A DNA stretch of 64,000 nt from Lama guanicoe. Taxonomy: Eukaryota. The translations under genes and the position numbers were made by a program. Location of the stretch: contig MU053629.1 of the NCBI GenBank assembly GCA_013239625.1, forward strand, positions 4,181,567 through 4,245,566, written 5' to 3'. Positions 24,873-35,700 of this stretch are shown here, in pieces; within the stretch, counting starts at the first letter, position 1; every line of letters begins with the position of its first letter. The notes below the pieces were generated by a model. It saw only the letters and a list, made by a program, of their open reading frames with translations. It did no database searches and was not told the DNA's origin.

Positions 24873-25649
24873 GGTCGAGGGCCTGAACTTCCTAGACGAG
24901 AAACTGGAGTCCCATAGAGATTAAGCTGACTTAATCACATATAGCCAGTAAATGGCAAAGAGGGAGTTTTAACCCAAATCTACCTATCCCAACATCCCTA
25001 CACTTCATTTAAAAAAAAAAAAGGTGTGTTTATGATTACTACTCAGTAGCCTCACATACCAGTCCTTTGTGGAATGAGCAAATGAGACATTTTCATTTTA
25101 TAAATAAGGAAACTGAAAATTATACCTTTTTTTCCCTCTTCTTAAAGAAATTGACCAGTAAACAACAGGGACTGTTCAGGTGTCCCAGGGGTGCTGTGAG
25201 GGTCCTCCTCCCGCCCGTCCCCTGCACCCCATCCATCTGTGGGGGGCTGGCTTCTGTCGGTTCCCACATCAGAGTTTGGGAGTGAACAAGCTAGGTCTGT
25301 TCCTCCCTACAGTAATCCTTTGGCCTGTTTCCTCCTTGAGAGTTTATGGATGTTGGGGATCTCGTGGGGATTTTTGCCTTTTGTCAGAGCCAGAAGAGGT
25401 CTCAGGAAATATATACTAGTTTTGTAGCCAAAAATCCTGAGGTCCAGGGGGAGGAGGGGAAGGTGCTTTGAGGGGCATGTGATCAGCTAGGAGCTCGGTG
25501 GACACTGCTGGTTCTTAAACTTCTGTTGTCAAGCCAGGATTTATCTGATAATCTTAAAGTAATCACTCCCTGGACAAGGACGTTTTTTTTTTTTTTTTCA
25601 TGGAGAGAAGACCACTGCAGTGACATGTGCCATGTGGTCTGAGACAGCA

Positions 25650-25870
25650 CAAGGGATGGAGAAGAACAGGGCTTTAGGCTTAAATCCTAGCCTCACCACT
25701 CAGAAGTTACGGGACCTTAGGCAAGGTCTTCAAGTTTCTAAGCCTCAATTTCTTCACCTGTCAGTTTGGGGTAAAATATCTCACTGGATTTATTTAAACT
25801 GTATCGTGTAAGAGATTTATAATTCCTAGCGTATTGTAACTGCTTAATAAATGGTAACTATTAATATCAT
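25650..25870 (+). mobile_element. MIR SINE
   Basis: aaatcctagcctcaccact...gaccttaggcaag...aagcctcaatttcttcacctg...tgcttaataaatggtaactatt. Confidence 0.7.
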
Positions 25871-28309
25871 GATAATATCACCACGCCCTTCTAACATTCT
25901 AATTTTATAGCGTGGTGCCCAGCACATAAGACTCTCAAGATACATAAGATGCCACAAAGTTGGGGAACAGGATAAACTTTCTTTGAAACAGTCTTTTAGT
26001 TACATTTCCAAATAATATACCTAGTGTTTTTCTGCAGCCTTTGGACTTCTTTTCGGCTGGAGGACCTCTAAATTCAAAGTGGTTTAGCCCAACTGCTCGT
26101 CTAAGTCCAAAGGTGTAATATCTACACCCCAGAGAGTCCAGAAAGTCTAGAAACAGAGGGCAAATAGTATATCCTGTTTTCCAGCTTTTTGGATACCCTA
26201 TGGAATAAGGCTGAAACAAATCAGTGGAAAATGGGTTGTGGTTGATTTTATCTTCAGACTTTTGTTCCTTTGAAAGAAAACACTGCTGGCGGCTGTCCTG
26301 GGGTGTCGCGGTGACCCGGCTGACCGCCCACCTCTGCAGATGAAGTGGCTTGTTGATCTCTGCGGTGAGAGGAGTTCCCTTCCTGATCTGGGCCAGAGAG
26401 GCTGGAGGGATCCTTCGTCTTTAAGAAAAGAGTCTATTATCTTTGGAGAAAACAGACTTGTCGAGGAAAAACAGCAGACAGATACTTTGTGAACATATTT
26501 TCCCAGGTAATTGGAAAAAAGAGAAAAAGGTTCCTGGTTATCCTTGGTTAGTGAGCATACGTGTAAATCAGAATGCCTCGTCCCCCAATATCACAGTTGA
26601 TCAGGGCCTCACCTGTGGGCATGTTTCTCTGGAAATTAAACATGGCCGAGGGTGAAGTTTCAGCTTTCAATTTCCGCTTTCAAAGGGATACCTCCAGGTG
26701 TGACCTTGGAGCTCCTTGAGAAACCTCACCTCGCTGTGCCCGAATGGGGGTGCATCTGGCATGGTTGGAAGGAACGATGTGACACCGGCGCAGCCAGGGG
26801 AAGGAAGGCTGGTGCCCAGAAGATGGCCCTGACCTTGATGAATTTACCTGGGAGCTGGGCCTGGCTTGACCAACTCAGAAGAAACCTCATCTCGTCGGGG
26901 TCGGGAGTCAGGCCCGCCAGCTGACACTCACTAACTAGCAAGAAGCTGAAACACAAATCAAGCCACTCGTTTATTTGCTGAAAAGGATAACCACTATGAG
27001 CTTCTAAGCAGGGCGTTCTCTCCTTGTGGGCACCCCACCCAGGAAGCCAAATGGTCAGAGGCGTGGGTGGGTCAGGATAAGGGGCGGAGGGAGTCATGGG
27101 AAGCAGAGTCGCTGGGTGGCGGGGGCATCCCTGCATGCAGGGCAGCTCCCTCCCTGCTGGACGGCATTGCATGGGTGGGCACGGCTGGGGATCTGCCGCT
27201 GCACCTCGCAACCCTGCAGCTGCATTAGCCAACCGCCCACCTTCCTTCTTTAGGGATTAAGACCTGCGCCAGTGTGTGCACAGAGAGCCTTCTGAGGTGA
27301 CATTGCCCATCTCTGCCTGGATCCAGGCTGTCTCCTAGTGGGATTAACCTGCAGGGCATCTGTTTATCCCCTTCCCTGGTCCCAGTGAATGAATGAACCC
27401 CTGACCTCATTGTTCCTGTCCAAGCCAGAAGTCAGTCCTGTGACCTGGCCTCAAGCCCGCTCTTCCAGCCCACCACAGGGTCGCGCAGCAGGGCATGGAT
27501 GATACGAGTGAACCACTTTTTCTACTGTTTCTCCTTCCTCGGGCCTTCTTAACTTTCATAACTCAACAGAGACATCTGTGATGGCTTGCGTCCAGAGTGC
27601 GTGGTATTTATTTTTGATTTGAAATATGAAAAGCATTTTTTTTAAAAGACAACTGACTCTCTGAGTCATGCCCAGGGGAGCAAACGGCCTGAAATGTGAG
27701 CTGGTGCTTGCCGGAGGAGGAGGAGGAGGACGGGAGAGGCTGCTGCTGACCAGCCTGGCGCTGGGGTTAGGTCACTGTGGGGCTGAAGGGCACTGACCAT
27801 AAGAGCGACGTGTGGGCTAGAGCTGCTGGCAGTGGGGTGATTTACTGCAGCCGCTGGCCTCACCAGGAACCCCACACGCCGGGTTCCCACAGGATGGGAC
27901 AGCGGCATGGAAACCCACACACGGGCCCGTGTTGAGCAACCGCGCTTGTGTAAGAGTGATCGTATGTGGCAGGGTGGGTTACTTGGGGGCTGGAATTTGT
28001 CACTTTGCAGCTGTGCATTGGACGGGCAGCCCCTGGGTTTCTAGGGGGTTCGCTTTGGTTTTCTTCTTTTCTTCTGGTCGGCCTGCTCTTACCAGCAGCA
28101 TGGTTTCAGAATGTTCATAAACTCCCATTTGTCCGGCTTTTTATAGTGTACCTTTCCAGCTTTCTTTGCGTCTCAGTGCCATCCTGGGAGGGAGGTCAGG
28201 CCAGCTGTTAAGATGCTCATTTTATAGATGATGGATGGGGGTGTGAGTTGTGATCCTTGGCCACTGTCACTTCATGGCTCATGGCGCAAGGCCGGAGCAC
28301 CGTGCCCAG

Positions 28310-28495
28310 ACCCCAGGCAGCTGGGGGTCCGGGACCTCCCGCCTCCGGGCTCCCGGCCAGCTCCTGAAGATGCAGATTTCCTGGCCGCTCCCTCGACTTG
28401 TAGCGGAATCCCTGGGTGAGGTCTGGGAATCTTCATTTAAACGTGCTTCGTGGGGCTCCTTATCGACCTTCACACTCCAGTGGTCCAGTGGCTGA
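28310..28495. mobile_element. MER5A-like DNA transposon
   Basis: gatgcagatttcctggcc...ggaatccctgggtgaggtctgggaatcttcatttaaac. Confidence 0.55.
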
Positions 28496-30139
28496 GCCTC
28501 CCACCTCAGACGTGGAGCCTGTGTCACCACTAAAATCATCTTAATTTTTTATTCTATGTTCAGGGGCAGTCTCCTCGCGTGGCATGCCGGCTCCCCAGGG
28601 ACAAGGTCCTCCCCTGCCCTGTCCATGGCTGTGTCCCCAGTGGACAGTGCCTGGCACACAGTAGGCCCCCAGTAAACACTTGTTGGACCACTGAGTGTTT
28701 CCCTCCGCTCCGTGGCTAGTGCGGGAGAGCTCAGGCAATAGTCTGGGTTGGTTCCAGTTTGCCTTCGGTGTGTCTCTGACTTGTGTGGCCTTGCTGATTC
28801 TGAGAGTCCCCATCCCCGGAATGGGGGGCCAGCAGCCTCCCTCCAGCTCCCTGATGAGGGTCAGGCGAGCCCCCCGCCACAAAGGCTCACACACTCAGGG
28901 CGTTCCCACGCGAGATGGGCATTCGGCGGAGAGCAGTTTGCCCGGTGGCTCCCCGTGTCTCGGCGTGAGTGGCAGGGTCATCGTAGTAGTCAGTTTTTCC
29001 ACTGCCATCAAATGCCATCCATTCAGCTCGCAGACAGACAAGGTGTAGGGCTGGACTCTGTGCCACGGACCAAACACTAGGCGCCCAGGCCTCCAATCAA
29101 GACCAGACACCAGCATAAACCCAGGTGTCCCCAACCCAGGGTGCTCTCCAGAGCCAGGTTTGTGAATGGATGAGTAAATATTTACCCTGTCTGAGGTAGA
29201 ATGTGAGCCGTCTCCCCAGTGTTTTGTTTTTCCTCTGTCTCCTCCCTCTCTGCCTGCTGCCCACCCCCACCCCCTTTAAAAAAGGAAACAGAGAGGTTGA
29301 GAGGTTAAGTGACCGGCTTGACACAGCCAACCCTCGGCATGTCCCCTGGCCCTGCCTGAGCCCTGCTTCTCCTGCAGACGCAGCTTCCTCGGTGAAGCCC
29401 TCCCAGACTGCACCCCGCCCTGTGCCCCCACCCCTGCTCCCAGCCTTTCCCCACGCTGAGCTCGGCCTGTAGGCTGCTTCTCCCTGTGAGCTCGGATGGG
29501 TTAGATAAGGAGAGACCTGTTTCTCATCCTCATCTGCTTCCTACCCTTTGTGGACAATGCTGGGCAGCTCCTGCATCTTTGATTTTGCAGGTTGTTTGTA
29601 CCCTGTTTGGTGAATCCTTTAAGGTACAAGGCTATGTCTTCTGCATCCTGTGGAAGGCTTGAGTGGACAGCCAGAGCCCAGAGGACAGTGTGGTCCGGGA
29701 CGGGGAGGGAGGTGATTTTTAATGGAGCTGAGTTTCTGAAACTTGGGGCTGCTCATTGCAAGTGAGGTCCTCTGAAAAAAATGAATCTCATTGGGCCCTT
29801 TGCTTTTCACCTTTTTTTTTTGTTGTTTCCAGTCCTCACCTGCACATCAGGCAGGAAGTTCATAGGCAGCAGGACAGAATCCACCTTCCCTATCAGTCAC
29901 CCCTTTTAAAATGTGACTCATTCTGAGCTAACACAGCCCAGGCCAGACGTGGATAGGGTTATGCATGGACTCCGTTTGGTAGTGTGTCATTTCTGACTTG
30001 CTGGGAAATCCTTTGGTGTTGGTGGGGGTGGGGAAGGGAGGCAGAGCATTGCTAGGGCTGGAGTTCTTCCAGGATGTGTGTGATACGGAAGCCTCACTCG
30101 AACAAAGAGTGGGGACTGCTTGCTTTCTCGTGGACGACG

Positions 30140-30350
30140 GAAAAGAGCCTGGATTTGGGTTCAGAGCAGCCTGGGTTTGGGTCCCATCTGTTGCCCCTGA
30201 TCACCTGGCGGCCTTGGGCCAGTCGCTCAACCTTTCTGAGCCTCAGTTTTGTTATCTGCAAGATGCGGATCCCGTAAGGATTAAGTGAGCTGGTGTATGT
30301 TTTTACCCACCGACACATGGTTCCCGGTGCATGGTGACTGCTTGGTCATT
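30140..30350 (+). mobile_element. MIR SINE
   Basis: cctgggtttgggtccc...ccttgggccagtcgctcaacctttctgagcctcagttttgttatctgcaagatg...aggattaagtgag. Confidence 0.8.
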
Positions 30351-30542
30351 TCTAAAATCTTAAGACTTTATTCATCAGATCCCTAAGAGTATTTCAGGAT
30401 GCACCTTGAACATTTTGTGTTAAGTGCTATTGGGGGAAAAGAATAAGAGCTAACAGGGGTCCTCCCTCCAGAAGGAACTGCAGTCTTCTTAGGGAGACAG
30501 TATTGCCCAGAGCACTAACTCCCGATCGCTTAGCATCCTAGA

Positions 30543-30866
30543 ACCGTGCTGTCTGATAGAAATGCACTGCGCGCTGCCTGTGTGATTGGAAATTACTAGC
30601 TACGTTAAAATGCAAACAGGAAGTTGAAATTAATTTTAAATAATACTGTGTTTAATATAATATATGCAAATACATGATCATTTCAGCGTTTACTCAATGT
30701 AAAGGTTATTAATGAGACATTTGACATCCTTTTTAAAAATCATACTAAGTCTCTGAAGTCAGCGTGTTCTCTCCACTTACAGCCCATCTCACTCCGGTCT
30801 GGCCACATTTCAGGTGCTCAGCAGGGGCGTGTGACTGGTGGCTGCTGTACCGGACAGTGAAGCTCT
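30543..30866. mobile_element. MER33-like (hAT-Charlie) DNA transposon
   Basis: gtgctgtctgatagaaat...aaacaggaagttgaaattaatttta...atactaagtctctgaa...cacttacagcccatctc...gccacatttcaggtgctcag...ggacagtg. Confidence 0.8.
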
Positions 30867-31009
30867 GGGATTTATTTGTTAGGTCAGCTAACATCACCTC
30901 ACTTTGGAGAGGAATAATTGCGTTCACAGGGGCTGTGACTCGCTGTGACAGCCAGTGAGGAGCAGGGCAGGGCTGGAGCTCAGGTCTCTGGGGAGCGGGG
31001 GCCACTTGC

Positions 31010-31225
31010 ATTTGCAGAGTGTCTCCTGTGTCCCAGGCACTGTGCTTGGCACTCTACCCTTGCCGTTCGAGTGAATTCTCTCAACCTTGCGTGGTAGATG
31101 GATAGCATGGGCATCGTGACAAAGAAGGTAGAGGAGGCCCAGGGAGGCTAAGCAACTTCCCCAAGGCCACACAGTCAGAGGTGGAGTTGGAATTTGGACC
31201 AGGACCTGCTGACTCCAGAGCCTTC
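31010..31225 (-). mobile_element. MIR SINE
   Basis: ccaggcactgtgc...gaggcccagggaggctaagcaacttccccaaggccacacag...ggaatttggaccagg...ctgactccagagcc. Confidence 0.8.
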
Positions 31226-31444
31226 CATTCACCTGTCTGTTTTTCCCAACACAGAGCAAGAAAATTTGCACACAGCGTAGCACGGGGGCCATGTGCTCCA
31301 AGAAGGCTCTAGGTCACAGGAGGGGTATGATGGCTGGCCTGTTCAGCAAGGGCTTCAGGACATCAGTTCAGAAGGCCTGGATGTGCTTTGGTTGGGGTGA
31401 TGTGTGTGTGTAGAGCAGCATTCCTTGTAATCGCAGGTTCTTTA

Positions 31445-31459
31445 GCCAGTAGGGGGCGG
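31445..31459 (+). promoter_or_regulatory. Candidate CTCF site
   Basis: GCCAGTAGGGGGCGG matches the core CCASYAGRKGGCR. Confidence 0.45.
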
Positions 31460-33297
31460 GGCAGGTGGTAGCTGGGGGAGGTAGGTGGAGGGGGCCGTGG
31501 GGAGCCGGTGATGGGCAGTAATTGTAGAGGCCAGCGTGCTGGGCCCTGCTCCCGCTGCCACCTGGGAATGCTGGGCACTTCAAGAGGCTCCAAGCAGCTG
31601 AGACTTTCTGCTTGGAGAAACCCCAAGAATTTGGGGAGACTGGGATTGAGCAAGTTCTTGAATGCATGCGTGCGGTCATGCAGTCGCTCACTCACCAAAT
31701 ATTTACTGAATACGTGCTCCGGCAAGACTTATTGGGTGTTACCTTGTGCTGTGTGGTATTGCCTTTGACCTCTGAGGAGCCTGCCCAGCAGCGTGGTTAG
31801 ACTGTACGGCGCCCCTCTGAAGTACAGGCCTCACCCCCATTTCACAGGGCGGCAAGCTGAGGCTCCAAGCAGGGAGATCTCATGCAAGGGCTCAGATGGC
31901 CGTGGAATAGAAGATACAGGACCTCAGAACTAAGGGGGTTTGACTCTTGTCCATCTGTCTGTCCGCTTGTCTAGCCAGCAAGCAGGCATTGAGCTCCATT
32001 CCCAGATGTCTCGGATTCTGTCTGCAGTGTATGCTTGCTTTGTTTGCTATCTGAGAGCAATCACAGCGCTACGGGACGGGGAATAGTGACTGACGTCTGC
32101 CCTGTGGGGTGCCACGCAGGGTGCTGGTCACCATCAACTTCAGGGATGCCTCCCAGCGCCGTTGTAAGGAGGAGGAGACTGAGGTGCAAGGATCTGGTAC
32201 TTTCTGAGGTCACACAACTCAGGGGGAGCTAGGATTTCAATGCCGAGTGTCTCTCCAGAGCCCTGATTTTTTTTTCAGCCACTACACCGCACTGCCTGTC
32301 TGTGATCAGGGTCCAGTACTGGTCCTACAGGGAAGCCCAGCTTGCCCCAGTCCCTTCTCGTGAGGCCTTGTCTGGTCTTTGGTTTTACCAGCTATCACAT
32401 GGGGGCAGGGACAGCCAGTCCACCCTGTTCAGAAGTCCGCCTGCCCGGGAGACACTGCTTCTTTAGGAGGCTGTCTGGCTGAGTAAGCTGTGTTACATGA
32501 AAGACAGAGTGTGTGTGAGCCCCATCAGGGCACCCCTTTGTCCCTCCTCTCCGCCCCTCTTCCCTCATTACGCATGGCCAGCTCAGGGTCTGGTCCTCCC
32601 GGAGCATCAGAGCTCGGGCAGAGCTGCAGAGAACCCAGTCCAAACTGCTGGCTGTCTGAGAGGACCTACGCTTCAGAGACAGGGGACTTTGTGACAGGAG
32701 GGTAACTGTCGAGCCAGCCGTTCACTTCACGAGGCAGGAAGCCAAGTCCTAGAGACACCAGCCGTATAGAATCTGCACCGTAGATCCTGGAGCGTGTGCC
32801 TCCTCCCCTGTCTGAACGGCATGTTCCCAGTCTGGGCATCTCCGCCTGAGCCTCACAGTGCTTGTCAGGAAGTGGATACTGAGGATTAAACACTGGCTGG
32901 GTCAATGACTCTGTCCCCGCCGCCCCTGCCAGGGGGCTTGGAGCTGAACAGCCTCACCATTTGCCCTTTCCTGAGCTGGAAAATTAAGGCACATTTACAC
33001 TGCATGGCATTGGGGCCCCCCGGGACTCTGGATGGCCTTCCATTGGCGAGACGCAGCGGGGTCAGGCTTCAGAGTAGGAGGAATGCTGGGGGAAGGAACA
33101 CTGCTTAGACCCAGTTCAGGTCCTCGCACCTGCATTTATTTGCTGCGGAGCTTGGAGCAGAGGCCCTGCTACCGTGTCGAGGAAGGTGATCTCAGAAATA
33201 GCTTGGGTTGTTGCCCTGGCGGAACTGTTGTGTGAGGCACGTAACAGTGCTGCATAACCAGGAAGCCTGATTTTAACATAATACAGGCTTAATAAAA

Positions 33298-33505
33298 ATT
33301 TTTTTGACGTGTAGTTGATTTACAATGTTAATTTCAGGTGTACAGCAAAGTGAGTCAGTTATACATACATACATGTATATTTTTTCTTTCCAGATTCGTT
33401 TCCATTGTGTGTTATGACAAGAAATTGAATATAGTTCCCTGTGCGGTACAGTAGGTCCTTGTTTGTCTGCTTTATATTTAGTGGTGTGTATCTGTTAACC
33501 CCCAA
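33298..33505 (-). mobile_element. Artiodactyl-type L1 3' end (5'-truncated)
   Basis: tagttgatttacaatgtt...tttcaggtgtacagcaaagtgagtcagttatacata...atagttccctgtgc...acagtaggtccttgtt. Confidence 0.85.
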
Positions 33506-34529
33506 CCCCCACGACGGGCTTTTTCATCAGTTAACGAGCTGCCAGCCCGTTCCATTCATCACCCTAAGGCAGCCCTTGGATTTTCTCCCCTTCCAGTGAA
33601 CTCCTCCTGAGTTGAGCAAAAATCACCCTCCCTGTAAACTTCTACTCCACCCCTTAGAGCAGCCCGCTGGCCGGCCTTCCATCCTGGGGGACATTTGGCT
33701 CTGCTGTCCCCTCGACCTTCTCTCCTCCCTGCGGATCGTCGTCAGCTTCCTCGTCTGTTTTCTGACCCACGTTTTGCACCTCCTTATCCTTCCGGTCACC
33801 TCTCTTTACACACTTGTCCAGCCTGTTTGTGGCCTGGTGTGGTGTCACACCCAGGGTGACGTGGGTAGCCCACCCAGATGCAGTGGCGGGGACATGGCCT
33901 CCCTGCGCGGGGTCTGTGCCGCCCTCCAGGCAGGCCGCGGGGACAGTCCGGCCTTATGAAGGCTGAACTCGCTGGCATTTGCTGAGCTGCTGGTGGGAGT
34001 GGGGAAGCCCTCCCAGACCTCTTCTCTGTCTTCTTGCCAGAGAAAAGCTGTGTCCCACCGGCCCATTTGAGCACTTCCAGGCTCATAGCTGTCATCTTCC
34101 ACACTGTAACGTAAGTTTGCCCCGGATGCCAATGTTATGTTGCTGTTTTTTCCAGAACAACTGAATCGGAAACTTTAATGTATTTTTGAGGGGTGGGCTG
34201 TGTTTCCATTCGCCTTTAAAAACAATGAGAAGGAAAACAAAGTATAATCTTATTGCCAAAAATGATGGAGCCAAATCTGAAATTAATTTACAAAGTCATT
34301 AGTATTTTCCATTTGCGAACCCAAAAACGAATGTAAGTGCAGTTCCTTGTAATTAACCACAAATTAGAAAAGAGCTCGGAAGACTTTCAGGGACCAACAC
34401 ACAAAACTCGCAGAAGCAGATGGGTGCGTGTGCGGGGAGTGGGGCTGGGGGGTGGCACCCAGGAGTTCCTCTGTTTTGGCCTCAAGTCTGTGGGTTTGAG
34501 AGAGTAAAACAGACTCAAATATCCCCCTT

Positions 34530-34700
34530 TCTAACAATTTAGAAACTGGCAGGGCCCTTTGGAGGGATTTGTTCAAACCTTCTCATTTTCTGAATGAGGC
34601 AACTGAGAGATTCAGGGAGGGTAAGCGACTTGCTCGAAGTCACACAGCCGGGAACGCCAGAGCTGGGACCAGAGCCTGCTTTCCAGTGCTCCAGCCGCCA
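34530..34700 (-). mobile_element. MIR SINE
   Basis: ctcattttctgaatgaggcaactgagagattcagggagggtaagcgacttgctcgaagtcacacagc. Confidence 0.75.
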
Positions 34701-35489
34701 CTGCCTCTGCCTCCTGGGAGCTTGTCTGCTTTAAGCCTTTTGTGTTTAGCACCCAAGATGTGCTCATGTTAGCGTAGGGGGAATAGAACAGTCCAATCAG
34801 AGTCACCCTCTTCCGTGCGCTTGGGTCAAATGTGCTGCTGCGCACTGCATGCCACCCTGGTGCAGGGGAGAACACGGTGGTTTCTCCCTCCCTCGAAGAA
34901 GCCTGGTTTTTCCCCAAGCTCGCCACAAGCCGAGCCCCAGCCTTGCACGTTAGCATCTGCTGTTGTGTGAGCGAAGTCAGCCTGTGGTCAATTAGCAGGG
35001 AATGTGTGTCAGTGTCTCCACGTTTGCAGCAGGACCTCTTCCTGAGCCTCCCTAAGCTCAGAAGAACTAGGGCTTTGAGATGTCACCGAACCATCAGAGG
35101 CCTTTTGAAATGCTAACTCCCTGATTTGTTTGAGGTGAAGTCCTGTGATGTCATCTCCCCCGTCTCACTTGGGCTTGTGTGTGGGTGTGTGTCAGTTACA
35201 CGCAGACCCCGAATTGTCAGAGCGGCACTAAGAAAAGCTGCTTCTGAGACATCCCTGTTCTTGCTTCACTGTTTTCCTTCCTAACAGGCTGTCTTAAAGG
35301 GTGGAGGGGATCCTTCCTTCAAGGTGCCCAGCTCTTTCCTGGGCGTCCTCTCTTCCCCGACACCAAGTGCTGTGGGGGGTGGGGGTGGGGGTGAGGTCAC
35401 TAAAGACACGATGCCTGCTCTCCGAGAATCTGAAGTCCAGGTACTGAGGGAAACTGTATTTACCTGGAGTTTTTAAGGACCGTTATGCT

Positions 35490-35700
35490 GATGGTAAATA
35501 CTTGCTCATGACTCTGCCAGGCCCCGTTCTGAGCCATGGGTGTGTTACTGAACCCAGCGCTCACGGTGACCACGTGCAGCAGAGCAGTGACACTTTATTT
35601 TACAGACAAGGACACTGAGGTTTAAGAGGTGATGTTGAACGAGCCCGTAAGGCATGGGGAGGGGACGGGAGCCCAAGCCGTCTGCCCTTCAGGACCTCCC
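35490..35700 (-). mobile_element. MIR SINE
   Basis: tgccaggccccgttctgag...tattttacagacaaggacactgaggtttaagaggtga. Confidence 0.7.
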
